DNA of 64,000 nt from Patescibacteria group bacterium. GTDB taxonomy: Bacteria; Patescibacteriota; Patescibacteriia; SG8-24; DYFX01. The position numbers and the translations under genes were made by a program. Below, in pieces: positions 32,305-43,625 of this stretch (positions are counted from its first letter, which is position 1; each line of letters opens with the position of its first letter). The notes under the pieces are model-generated. The model was not told the DNA's origin. It ran no database searches and saw nothing but the letters and a program-made list of their open reading frames with translations. Location of the stretch: the NCBI GenBank assembly GCA_041659045.1, contig JBAZZB010000004.1, positions 28,129 to 92,128 of the forward strand. The letters run 5' to 3'.

Positions 32305-33588
32305 ATGTCCAGCCCCATTGTTCAAGCGATCCAGCAGATTTGCGAGGAGAAGAATATTCCGTACGAGGTCGTGATGGAAACCATCGAGGCTGCTCTTGCG
32401 GCTGCTTTCCGCAAAGACTTCGGTAATAAGAATCAGAACCTCAAAGTCGAGTTTGATCCGGAGACGATGAAAATCCGCGTCTTCGATGAGAAACTTGTCG
32501 TCGAGGATCAAGAGCTTCCGACGGAGGAAGAGCTCGCGGCGCTTGAAGCTGCACAGGCGCAAGGCGCCATCGAAGAGCCTCAGCTCGACGAGAACGGCAA
32601 TCCGATCAAGCGCTTCAACCCGAAGCTCGAGATCATGATTTCCGAAGCGAAGAAGATCAAGCCTGATGCCGACATGAACGAAACGCTTCGTATGGAACTC
32701 GACGTTCCGGGCGAATTCGGACGCATGGCCGCGCAAACCGCGAAGCAAGTCATCATCCAGAAGCTTCGCGAAGCCGAACGCGAAAACGTCTTCGGCGAAT
32801 TCAAGGGACGCGAAGGCGAAATCGTAAACGGTATCGTCTCTCGCAAGGAAGGCCGCCTCGTGCTGGTCGACCTCGGCCGCGTCATGGCCACCATGCCGCC
32901 GGAAGAGCAGATCCCGAGCGAAAACTACGCCTCCGGCGCGCGTCTCAAGGTGTATGTCAGCTCGGTTACGATGACGACTCGTGGACCGATGGTGATCGTT
33001 AGCCGCGCCCACTCGGACATTGTCCGCAAACTCTTCTCGACGGAAATTCCGGAAGTCGCTTCCGGCGCAGTGCAGATCCACTCGGTCGCCCGCGAAGCCG
33101 GTTCGCGCTCGAAAGTCGCTGTTTCTTCGGAAGACGCGAACATCGATCCGATCGGTTCTTGCATCGGCCAGCGCGGCACGCGTATCCAGACGATCATCAG
33201 CGAACTCGGCGGCACGGAAAAAGTCGACGTCATCTTGTTTGACGAAGACGCCGCTGTCTTCATCGGCAAGGCTTTGGCGCCCGCGAAGGTGAAGCACGTC
33301 GACCTCGACGAGTCGAACCGTATCGCCACGGTGCGTGCCGACGCCGATCAACTTTCACTCGCGATCGGTAAGGGCGGACAGAACGTTCGTCTCGCCTCGC
33401 GTCTCACGGGCTGGAAGATCAACGTCATGGACGCGAACGAGAACGCGGTCGTCGCCACGGCAGAAGAGACGACAGACGTGCCATCCGAAGCTCCGGCGAA
33501 AGAAGACGTCATCACCGAAGAGGTGACCGAAGAAATGGATTCGCTCGCGAAGGGGACGGAGGTTCCGTCCGACGAGAAAGGCGAGTAG
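32305..33588 (+). CDS. nusA: transcription termination/antitermination factor NusA
   Basis: N-terminal domain, S1 (GEIVNGIVSRKEGRLVLVDLG) and two KH domains (IGSCIGQRGTRIQ, IGKGGQNVRLASRLTGWKI). Start taken at ATG 32305. Confidence 0.85.
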   Translation: MSSPIVQAIQQICEEKNIPYEVVMETIEAALAAAFRKDFGNKNQNLKVEFDPETMKIRVFDEKLVVEDQELPTEEELAALEAAQAQGAIEEPQLDENGNPIKRFNPKLEIMISEAKKIKPDADMNETLRMELDVPGEFGRMAAQTAKQVIIQKLREAERENVFGEFKGREGEIVNGIVSRKEGRLVLVDLGRVMATMPPEEQIPSENYASGARLKVYVSSVTMTTRGPMVIVSRAHSDIVRKLFSTEIPEVASGAVQIHSVAREAGSRSKVAVSSEDANIDPIGSCIGQRGTRIQTIISELGGTEKVDVILFDEDAAVFIGKALAPAKVKHVDLDESNRIATVRADADQLSLAIGKGGQNVRLASRLTGWKINVMDANENAVVATAEETTDVPSEAPAKEDVITEEVTEEMDSLAKGTEVPSDEKGE

Positions 33589-33614
33589 AATACCGGCATA
33601 CGTAACCAACATTC

Positions 33615-34322
33615 ATGCTTGCGATCTATCACGCGGTGCTGTACCAGCCGATCCTGAACTTGCTCGTCGGCTTGTACAATGTGCTCTTCAGCGATTTCGG
33701 CTTGGCGATTCTGGCGCTCACGATACTTGTCCGCGGACTGCTTTGGCCGCTCACGCACAAGTCGCTCGCCAACCAGAAGGCGATGCTCGATATCCAACCC
33801 AAGATCAAGGAGATCCAAGCGAAGTACAAGGACAACAAGGAAGAGCAGGCCAAGGCGATGATGGCCGTGTACGCGGAGCATAAGGTCAGTCCGTTCTCCT
33901 CGTGCCTCCCGCTTCTGGTACAGCTCCCGCTGTTCATCGCGCTCTATCAGGTGTTGTCGGCCGGATTGAAATCGGAAAACCTAAACGCGCTCTACGCTTT
34001 CGTACCGAATCCCGGCACGATCTCGACGATGTCGCTCGGTTTCCTTGACCTCTCTCACCGCAGCATCGTGCTTGCACTTCTCGCCGCCGGCGCGCAGTTC
34101 GTCCAAGCGAAGATGATGAGCCGCAAGGACCCCGCCGTGCACAAGGACGAGAGCAAGGATGAAGATACGATGGCGATCATGAACAAGCAGATGCTGTACA
34201 TGATGCCGGCTATGACACTCTTCATCGGTTGGAACCTGCCGGCCGGCCTCACGCTCTACTGGCTGCTCACCAACCTGGCGATGATTCTCCAGCAGAAACT
34301 CGCCTTCGGGAAGAAGCCGTAA
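33615..34322 (+). CDS. yidC: YidC/Oxa1-family membrane protein insertase (short form)
   Basis: 235 aa. Conserved LLWPL..K.....KM, MMAVYAEHKVSPFSSCLP, and a TLYWLLTN tail. Confidence 0.8.
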   Translation: MLAIYHAVLYQPILNLLVGLYNVLFSDFGLAILALTILVRGLLWPLTHKSLANQKAMLDIQPKIKEIQAKYKDNKEEQAKAMMAVYAEHKVSPFSSCLPLLVQLPLFIALYQVLSAGLKSENLNALYAFVPNPGTISTMSLGFLDLSHRSIVLALLAAGAQFVQAKMMSRKDPAVHKDESKDEDTMAIMNKQMLYMMPAMTLFIGWNLPAGLTLYWLLTNLAMILQQKLAFGKKP

Positions 34323-34495
34323 AATCCCTCGATCTGCTTGGGCTTCGCTCGCTCAGCGTTCCGGCGTCCCGATGCGGACGCCTCACGCCTTCGCTTGCCC
34401 CAGCCCGGCGCATCTCGAGGAATTTTCCGGCTTCATATGAGTGACTAAGCCCACTGGAACAAACAACGCTTTCCGGCTATGCTGAAAGCGTTGTT

Positions 34496-34798
34496 TTGTA
34501 TTGTATGGCTGTCCTTGAAGAGAAAAAAATCCTGAAATTGCCGGTTGAAACCAAGAGCGGCACCAAACTCGGCCGCGTGCTCGGTTTTGACGTCGATGTC
34601 GATAATCAATCGATCCTGCGTTGGCGCGTGCGGCCGAACGGCCTGACCTCGCGCATGCTTTCTCATCCGCTTATTGTTTCGCGCGAGCAGGTGCTTTCGA
34701 TTGACGAAGAAAAAATGATCGTCGACGATAACGTCGAAAAGGAAATGGAATTGGCGAAGGCGAAAGCCATTGGCCTCGTCTCAAACGTCAAAGCATGA
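34496..34798 (+). CDS. PRC-barrel-like hypothetical protein
   Basis: Roughly 97-100 aa. KLGRVLGFDVDVDNQSILRWRV pattern. Confidence 0.4.
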   Translation: MYCMAVLEEKKILKLPVETKSGTKLGRVLGFDVDVDNQSILRWRVRPNGLTSRMLSHPLIVSREQVLSIDEEKMIVDDNVEKEMELAKAKAIGLVSNVKA

Positions 34799-35739
34799 AA
34801 AGCACCTTAGAGGGAATCTTGTCGACACTCGCGTATCACGACAGCTTCGACGTTCCGCTCACGGTGCAGGAAATTGTTTTCGCGTTGCCGGCAAACGAAG
34901 GCGCACGGCCCACGTTTGGAGAAGTGGAACTGGCGCTCGACCACGCACTTTCGCGCGGCCTTGTCGCTTCATCGGAAGGATTCTATTGCTTGCCGGGCCG
35001 CGCAGAGATCATTCCAGTGCGAAAATCTCGATACGCGCTAGCAGAAGGGAAGTACGCGCGCGTTCGCAAGTTTTTACGGCTCGCGCGTCACGCTCCCTAT
35101 TTGCGTGCGGCGTTCGTTTGCAATACGCTCGCGCGCTCCAACGCGCGCTCCGAAAGCGATATCGATCTTTATCTCGTCACCTCGCCGAAGCGCATTTGGC
35201 TGACTCGCTTGTTTGTGACTGGCTTGGCGACGCTTTTGCGCGTGCGTCCTACGGAAACGGAATCGGCAGATCGTATCTGTCTTAGTTTTTTCGTGACAAG
35301 TGACGCGCTGAACTTGCGTTCGCTCGCGATCGAAGATGACGTTTATCTCGCGCATTGGCTGCATGAGCTGTATCCCGTGTACGACGAAGCCGGCATTGCG
35401 CGGCGCGCCTATGTTGAAAACGGCTGGCTACGAGACGTGTTGCCGGGGACCCGCGTGCAGGCACCCTCGCAGCGTCGCGCGCTTCCGTTGTCTTGGCGTG
35501 CGGGAAAAAACTCCGTTGAGCGCGTGCTCGACGCCGTATTCGGTGATCGACTTGAGCGATGGGCAAAGCGCCGTCAACTTGCCTGGTTGCCGCCGGGACT
35601 CCGTGCCGCCGCAGGCACGCCGTCGTCCGATGTCGTGCTGACTGATACGGTTCTGAAATTCCACGACCACGACCGCCGCGCCGAAATTAGAGATTCGTAT
35701 CGCGAAAAAAACGCCCATGTCCTTCGCTCTCTGGCGTGA
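34795..35739 (+). CDS. hypothetical protein (possible nucleotidyltransferase-fold; SDIDLYLV motif)
   Basis: 314 aa. The motif SESDIDLYLVT resembles the Pol-beta-type NTase hG[GS]...D.D motif weakly. Confidence 0.45.
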   Translation: MKSTLEGILSTLAYHDSFDVPLTVQEIVFALPANEGARPTFGEVELALDHALSRGLVASSEGFYCLPGRAEIIPVRKSRYALAEGKYARVRKFLRLARHAPYLRAAFVCNTLARSNARSESDIDLYLVTSPKRIWLTRLFVTGLATLLRVRPTETESADRICLSFFVTSDALNLRSLAIEDDVYLAHWLHELYPVYDEAGIARRAYVENGWLRDVLPGTRVQAPSQRRALPLSWRAGKNSVERVLDAVFGDRLERWAKRRQLAWLPPGLRAAAGTPSSDVVLTDTVLKFHDHDRRAEIRDSYREKNAHVLRSLA

Positions 35740-37021
35740 CCGCCTCACACTTCTCCTTGTCGCGCTGTTGCCATGGCAAGCGCGCTATATCAAGGAAACA
35801 GCAGCGTTGTTCGGCGTTCCGTGGGAACAAGGAACCGCGGCACTTTTTGCGCTCGACGTGCTGCTCCTCGGCGCAATCACCTGTCATTTACTGGATGTCG
35901 CGGTGTCCTGCGAACCACGAAAGGCGAGCGCACCCCTTTGGCTTGAGCTTTCCGCGATCATTCCGGTGTATGCGTTCCTCTCGGTCTATTGGGCCTACGA
36001 TACAACAGGTGCGCTGTTCTCGCTGATCCGTCTGTGCGAAGGATATGCGCTGGCGTATCTGTTGTGGGTTTCGAAAACACCTCTCGCTTCAATGCTGCGC
36101 GCGTTCGTTGTCGGCACGACGCTTTCCGCGGCGCTTGGTCTCTGGCAATTTTTCACGCAAACATCGTTTGCTTCGACTTGGCTGGGAATTTCCGCGCACC
36201 ACGCGCGAGAGGCCGGAGTCGCTGTTGTCGAGAATTCCTACGGTCGATTCTTGCGCGCCTATGGAACGTTGCCGCATCCAAACGTGCTTGGCGGCTACGC
36301 AGCCGCTGGTCTCGTGGCAACGCTTGCGCTTTCCATGCAAGCGCGACGCTACCGCCCCGCCTTGTTTGTTGCCGCGCTCGTGCTCGGTGCCGGGCTTGTC
36401 GCTTCATTTTCGCGCGCGGCGTGGCTCGCGGCCGCTTTCGCTTTTGCAACGGCGCTCCTGTTTCCTCGAGCGACGCGTACGGCAGAAGCGCGTCGTCATG
36501 CTGCTCCCGTGCTGCTCGCCGCACTTGGGGGAGCGGTCTGTGTCGCCCTCTTTGCCTTGCCAATGCTCTCAACACGCCTGTCATTCGACGGTCGTTTAGA
36601 AGCACGCTCCGTCGCTGAGCGCACGTCGTCCGCCGTGGATGGCACGGAAATGCTGCTTCGTTATTTCGCGACGGGCGTCGGTATTGGCAACTATCTGCCG
36701 ACCGTGTTTCTTTCGCTCGGTGTTCCGGACGACGTCTATACGAGGCAGCCGCCGCACTTCGTACCGCTCTTGGTCGGCGCGGAACTTGGATTTTTCGGCC
36801 TTGCGATTCTTCTGGGTTTTGTTTTTGCTTGGTGGTATGCCGCGCTCTGGCTTTTGCGTAGAACGACCTCAGCGCTTGTCGCCGTCACGTCCACGCTCCC
36901 CATTGTTATCGTTCTTGTGAGCTGTTTTGATCACTATCCCTACGACCTTCTTGCCGGCACGCTGTTGACCGGCGCGTGTTTCGGATTTTTCCTCAAAGCA
37001 GGCGAGGAGGATGTGGGTTGA
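35717..37021 (+). CDS. O-antigen ligase/polymerase (Wzy_C)-like polytopic membrane protein
   Basis: 434 aa, 10 or more TM helices, with the Wzy_C-like loop SFSRAAWLAA. Confidence 0.7.
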   Translation: MSFALWRDRLTLLLVALLPWQARYIKETAALFGVPWEQGTAALFALDVLLLGAITCHLLDVAVSCEPRKASAPLWLELSAIIPVYAFLSVYWAYDTTGALFSLIRLCEGYALAYLLWVSKTPLASMLRAFVVGTTLSAALGLWQFFTQTSFASTWLGISAHHAREAGVAVVENSYGRFLRAYGTLPHPNVLGGYAAAGLVATLALSMQARRYRPALFVAALVLGAGLVASFSRAAWLAAAFAFATALLFPRATRTAEARRHAAPVLLAALGGAVCVALFALPMLSTRLSFDGRLEARSVAERTSSAVDGTEMLLRYFATGVGIGNYLPTVFLSLGVPDDVYTRQPPHFVPLLVGAELGFFGLAILLGFVFAWWYAALWLLRRTTSALVAVTSTLPIVIVLVSCFDHYPYDLLAGTLLTGACFGFFLKAGEEDVG

Positions 37022-37082
37022 CAGAACAGTTCGTTTCGACAAAGATATCCGTGGCCACGGCCAAAAAACCCAGGAGGCACGC

Positions 37083-37430
37083 GTGAAAACGAATCCAACG
37101 CATCAAATGTTCTACGAGGCCTTCGGTAGAACGTTCGGTTCTCTGGCGCTCTGGCCTGAGTTTCGAGAACAGCTTGTCGGCAAGATGTTCACCTTTGACC
37201 ACAAGGTCAATTCGCACGGCTCCCGACAGCTCTCTGGAACCATCACGGCGGTGGAAGTCTACGGCGACGTGCGCAACGCGGGGATTGTCCTGCACGTCTC
37301 GACCAGCCGGTTCTGGTCCTTCCACTTGATCAGCATTGAGTATCATGATGACCAGCGTTGCTGGTCGGCGAATGTTGAAAGTAGGGCTTCGAACTGTTGC
37401 GACTTGCCAGGAACGCTCACTCTGCACTGA
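37083..37430 (+). CDS. hypothetical protein
   Basis: GTG start 5 nt after RBS aggagg. 115 aa. Confidence 0.45.
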   Translation: MKTNPTHQMFYEAFGRTFGSLALWPEFREQLVGKMFTFDHKVNSHGSRQLSGTITAVEVYGDVRNAGIVLHVSTSRFWSFHLISIEYHDDQRCWSANVESRASNCCDLPGTLTLH

Positions 37431-37599
37431 TCGAATCCCGGTAGCTTCTGACAAGGCGAGTCGCAAGGCAAGCCTTTATTTTTTTTGCGCGATTCCGTTT
37501 CCTCGAAGCAGACGAGGAGGAAGGAGGTTGACGCGCGGGCCTTTTGAGACTAGAGTGGAACATCCGTGGCACTTTCGCCCCGGAGCCTAGGAGGTTCAC

Positions 37600-38007
37600 G
37601 TGCTCAAGCCATCGCTCCTTCCCGCCTCTCGTCGTTTCGCGTCGATCTGGTACGTGTCGCTGATCTTCACCCTCGGCATGGTGTTCGGCGCCTTCGTGGC
37701 CATGCAGCCGAACGCCGATCACACGGTCGAGGTCCGCGTCACGTCCGCGCCCGAGCAGGTCAGCGTTCCGGCCACGTACAACATCGAGCCGTACCGCGCT
37801 GCGAGCACGCTCGCCTGTCACCTGCACGGCAACGACTTCTGCACCGATCGCATGCTGTCGTACGGGTCGATCGAGATCACGCCCGAGCTCTACTGGTCGA
37901 CCTACTCGGCCTACAACGACTGCCCGCTGGGCTCGCTCCACGTCATCTGGGACAACGAGTCCTACTGCGAACCCCGGCTGCTCCGTCTGAGCCTCTCTCG
38001 ATGGTAG
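37600..38007 (+). CDS. membrane-anchored Cys-containing hypothetical protein (very GC-rich)
   Basis: GTG start after RBS aggagg. 135 aa. GC3 roughly 90%. Confidence 0.5.
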   Translation: MLKPSLLPASRRFASIWYVSLIFTLGMVFGAFVAMQPNADHTVEVRVTSAPEQVSVPATYNIEPYRAASTLACHLHGNDFCTDRMLSYGSIEITPELYWSTYSAYNDCPLGSLHVIWDNESYCEPRLLRLSLSRW

Positions 38008-38010
38008 CGG

Positions 38011-38355
38011 ATGCGTGATCACGCGCCCGCCATCGTCGTCTGCGTCGTCCTTGTCGTGTTGCTCATCGTGTACTTCTTCATCGGTCGTAGGCGCTGGGGC
38101 CTCGTCAAAGAGGGGATGTGTACGCACATCCTCCGTCGCGACTACGTTTGCTTCGCCGCGGTTTGTCCGTACACGTACGACGACCTCTACAGCGACGAAA
38201 CCGATACGGATTTCCACTTTGAGGACGGAACGTTCACTGTCGCTTGCAAAGCCGTGCACTACGACGGCCCGTTGCCCGCGCATATTCGTCTCGAGGTGAA
38301 CTGGCTCGGTTCATACCGCGTCGTCCCAACAACTCAAAAAGAAAAAGCCGCTTGA
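38011..38355 (+). CDS. membrane-anchored hypothetical protein (GC-rich)
   Basis: 114 aa, N-terminal TM. Confidence 0.5.
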   Translation: MRDHAPAIVVCVVLVVLLIVYFFIGRRRWGLVKEGMCTHILRRDYVCFAAVCPYTYDDLYSDETDTDFHFEDGTFTVACKAVHYDGPLPAHIRLEVNWLGSYRVVPTTQKEKAA

Positions 38356-38415
38356 TCACGTCGTCCACGAACGATGTGATCTTTTCATTTTATCGTAATA
38401 AAAAATCGCCGTGGG

Positions 38416-38757
38416 CTACACGACGATAGAGAACTGGAGAACCATGAAGACGGTCACCCAGGCGAAGAAGACGAGTGCAGCGGCCAGGACAAGGAATCCG
38501 AGCCCCTGACCGCCGTCCGAGACACCCACGGCCCAGATGAGTAGCACGATGGCAATAATCGTCCAGACGGCGAGCAGTACACCGACCCCGATCTGGACGC
38601 TCTGAGCGTCGCTCACGATGCTCATGACGCCGGCGGCGATGTTGAATCCTGCGAAGAGAACGTACAGCAGGATGCGGCGTCCGTAGTGTGAGCGGCCGGC
38701 TTGATAGAGAGAGAGTAGAGCGCAGACGAACAGGAGAATTCCGACGGCGATGGTCAT
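38416..38757 (-). CDS. DUF308/HdeD-like multi-TM membrane protein
   Basis: 113 aa from ATG 38757, RBS aaggggg, 4 TM helices with Gly/Ala-rich faces. Confidence 0.5.
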   Translation of the reverse strand: MTIAVGILLFVCALLSLYQAGRSHYGRRILLYVLFAGFNIAAGVMSIVSDAQSVQIGVGVLLAVWTIIAIVLLIWAVGVSDGGQGLGFLVLAAALVFFAWVTVFMVLQFSIVV

Positions 38758-38829
38758 TGCGAACCCCTTGAGTTGATCTGCCAGAAGGGTAGTAAAGCGA
38801 CGCTTCTGTGTCAACGAAGGGTGGGGGAT

Positions 38830-38890
38830 TTGACAGGAAAAACGGGCCTACCTACAATGCGGCTAGCAGCCGACAAGGCTGAGTGCTAAT
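38830..38890 (+). promoter_or_regulatory. groESL promoter (TTGACA-17-TACAAT) plus degenerate CIRCE operator (ctagcagcc-N9-gagtgctaa)
   Basis: The right half-site GAGTGCTAA is exact. The left half matches 6 of 9 to TTAGCACTC. 9-nt spacer. Confidence 0.6.
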
Positions 38891-38923
38891 ATCCAGTTTT
38901 TAATAGCATCACCGCGAACCTCT

Positions 38924-40896
<1,973 letters not shown>

Positions 40897-40925
40897 TACC
40901 CGTGTCATTCCCGCGAAAGCGGGAA

Positions 40926-40952
40926 CCCAGAAAACCGGCCGAGCGGCCGGTT
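40926..40952 (+). terminator. Rho-independent terminator (aaaaccggccgagcggccggttttt)
   Basis: GC stem and T-run. A second hairpin (ccgacggagttacgtcgg) at roughly 40958-40980 terminates the convergent minus gene. Confidence 0.7.
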
Positions 40953-40985
40953 TTTGGTATGAAAAAACCGACGGAGTTACGTCGG

Positions 40986-41327
40986 CTAGTAGATCGAGAT
41001 GCCGCGCTTGATACCCAACGCTTCGTCGTATCTTCGCGCGGCTTCGCGTACTTTTTCGAGTGCGTGCGGATGCTCGGTCATCCATTCCTGCCTGTTCGGC
41101 AGCGTACGGAAACCGGACGGGTCGTCGGCGAGCACGGTGTCGCCGCAGCTCGGGCAAAAGCAGAGCACCTTCTCAGCGGTCGCGCCGTCGTCGACAGGCA
41201 CCTTCTCGACGAACAGGTCGTCGTAACCGATCTCCAGCGTCGCGCCACAGCCGCCGCCGGCGTGCCGTCCGCAGGTCACGGCCTTCTTCCACGCGTAATC
41301 GTGCTTGCCGGGGATAATGACCTTCAT
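40986..41327 (-). CDS. Cys-cluster (zinc-ribbon-like) hypothetical protein
   Basis: 113 aa from ATG 41327, RBS ggaggaagg. C..C pairs TCGRHAGGGCG and CFCPSCG. Confidence 0.5.
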   Translation of the reverse strand: MKVIIPGKHDYAWKKAVTCGRHAGGGCGATLEIGYDDLFVEKVPVDDGATAEKVLCFCPSCGDTVLADDPSGFRTLPNRQEWMTEHPHALEKVREAARRYDEALGIKRGISIY

Positions 41328-41419
41328 GCGTGTTCCTTCCTCCCTTGAGGTGTGTGCGGAACGTAACAAAAGAGTGCCATCCGGTCAAGAGTGGAGTATG
41401 ATAGAGGAGAAAATATCTT

Positions 41420-42097
41420 ATGCGCAACGGTGCTCAAATCTTGGTGGTCTCTGGCTTGTTTGCCGCGACGGTGATTGCGGCGCTTGTCTTGTTTGTTTCG
41501 AATGCGCCGAAGGCACCTGTCGTGCAGCCGGTGACGCCACAGCCTGTTACACAACCGCAGCCTGCGCCATCAACAAGCCACAAAATTTACACGAACACGC
41601 TGTCCGGTTTTTCCGTGCAGTATCCTGACACGATTCTGCACACAGAGGATACGCAAGACATGCAACTCTCCGGCTACATTCCGGTGTGTGATCCTGACTA
41701 CGCCGTCGTCTGCTTCCCGATTCCGAAAGATGCGTATGCAGGCACCAATTTCGGTTCCGCGGCGTTCGCGGTGCATCTTCGTGATGATTTGAAGACAAGT
41801 TCCGCTTGCGAAACATGGCAGGGCGGTGAGTTGGTTGATGGCGATGCGACGATCAACGGGACATCCTACAAAAAATTCTCATATAGCGAAGGGGCGATGA
41901 GTCATCGTCTCGACGGTGAAAACTACCGTACCTTCCGCGATGGAACATGCTTCGAGCTTTCGACGCGCGTTGCGACGACGGTTTTTGAAGTCTACGAACC
42001 CGGCACGGTCAAACTCTTTTCGGATGCCAACCGCTCCGCTCTCCAGGCCGCGCTCGACGCCATGCTGACAAGTTTCCGCTTCGCGAGCGGCTCTTGA
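41420..42097 (+). CDS. secreted/membrane-anchored hypothetical protein with Pro/Gln-rich linker
   Basis: 225 aa. Good RBS, N-terminal TM, then (PVTPQPVTQPQPAP). Confidence 0.55.
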   Translation: MRNGAQILVVSGLFAATVIAALVLFVSNAPKAPVVQPVTPQPVTQPQPAPSTSHKIYTNTLSGFSVQYPDTILHTEDTQDMQLSGYIPVCDPDYAVVCFPIPKDAYAGTNFGSAAFAVHLRDDLKTSSACETWQGGELVDGDATINGTSYKKFSYSEGAMSHRLDGENYRTFRDGTCFELSTRVATTVFEVYEPGTVKLFSDANRSALQAALDAMLTSFRFASGS

Positions 42098-42158
42098 TCA
42101 ATCGTTCTTGAATGAGCGGGCTTGAAATAAGGCCTAAAAAATGGTAGACTGATCGTAT

Positions 42159-42455
42159 ATGGATCAGGACGCCAAGAACCATCGTACGACCGCCGCACTC
42201 TCCTATGTGCTGCTTTTGTTTATCGTTCCGATGACGAAGAAAGACAGCGCCTTCTGCCAGTTCCACGCCAAGCAGGGGATCGTGCTCTTTATTACTTGGG
42301 TCGTCGTTTCGTTCTTCGCCTGGATTCCGTTTGTCGGCTGGGCTGCCTGGCTCTCGCTCCTCATCGTCAATGTCATGGCGCTCGTCAAAACGCTGAATGG
42401 CGAGATGTGGGAGTTGCCAATCTTGGGAAAATACGCTACACAGATCAAGCTGTAA
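42159..42455 (+). CDS. DUF4870/Tic20-like small membrane protein
   Basis: SYVLLLFIVPM...CQFHAKQGIVLFI pattern typical of DUF4870. Confidence 0.55.
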   Translation: MDQDAKNHRTTAALSYVLLLFIVPMTKKDSAFCQFHAKQGIVLFITWVVVSFFAWIPFVGWAAWLSLLIVNVMALVKTLNGEMWELPILGKYATQIKL

Positions 42456-42481
42456 GTAAGGCATATCAACGTCGAAACGAT

Positions 42482-43625
42482 ATGAAGGATATTCTTGAAC
42501 GAGTCGGCGCGCTTTCCGAGCGCATCTCCTCCACACGGAGGTTACTTTGACGATGCTGCCACACGTGAAGAGCTGAAGAAGTACGAGGAGCAAATGCTCG
42601 ACCCGGCTTTTTGGAACACGCCGGACCGCGCAAAGGTTATCGCTCAACAGGTCAGCGAAATCCGCCGTGAACTCGAGACGTGGGATGTGATCGAGAAAGA
42701 CGCGGCAGATCTCAAGGAACTCGCTGCGGGCATGAAGCCGGAAGAGGAAAGCGAGTTCCGACCCGAAGTCGAAAAACAAATGGCCGAGCTCGAGAAGAAG
42801 TTTTCTGAGCTCGAGTTTTTAGTACTCTTTTCCGGACGCTACGACGCCTATAATGCGATTCTCACGTTCCATGCCGGGAGCGGAGGCACTGAAGCGCAGG
42901 ACTGGGCCGAGATGCTTTTCCGCATGATCACGCGGTTTTGCGAAAAGAAAGGTTGGACAGTGCGGATGCTGAACGAAAGCAAAGGCCAAGAAGCGGGGCT
43001 CAAGAGTGCGACGATCGAAGTCATCGGTCGCCACGCCTATGGCTATCTTCGCAGCGAGCACGGCGTCCACCGCCTCGTGCGCATCTCGCCGTTTGATGCC
43101 GCTAAAGCGCGCCACACGTCTTTTGCGTTGATTGAAGTGCTGCCCGACATCGGAGACACTGCGGACGTAAAGATCGATCCGAAGGATTTACGTATCGACA
43201 CGTTCCTCTCTGGTGGCCACGGTGGACAAGGCGTGCAGACGACCTACTCGGCCGTTCGTATCGTGCACATTCCGACCGGTATCATGACCACCTGCCAAAA
43301 CGAACGCTCGCAGCAGCAGAACCGCGAAAACGCCATGAAGATGCTGAAGGCCAAGCTCGCGGCCATCGAAGAAGAAAAGCATCAAAAAAATCTGCAGGGC
43401 ATCCGAGGCGAATATCACAGCGCCGAGTGGGGAAACCAGGCGCGTTCCTACGTGCTCCAGCCGTACCGCATGGTCAAAGACCACCGCACCAAGCATAAGA
43501 CGAGCGATACCGACGGCGTCTTGAACGGCAACTTTGACGAGTTCATCGAGGCCTACCTTAAATGGATGAAGGATCCAGAAGCCTATCTCAAATCCCATGC
43601 CCAAGACGACGAAGACGAAGAATAA
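42482..43625 (+). CDS. prfB: peptide chain release factor 2, with programmed +1 ribosomal frameshift at CTT-TGA-C (roughly 42545-42551)
   Basis: The 0-frame ORF ends ...ISSTRRLL-TGA, preceded by an SD-like GGAGG. The +1 frame continues DDAATREELKKYEEQ... through the SPF (ISPFDA) and GGQ (SGGHGGQG) motifs. Confidence 0.85.

Noticed and set aside
43597-43625. 29-nt overlap between prfB 3' end and the GalE-like gene as a regulatory recoding site
   Set aside because: Out-of-frame overlaps of this size are common in compact genomes. An internal ATG a few codons downstream could also be the true epimerase start.
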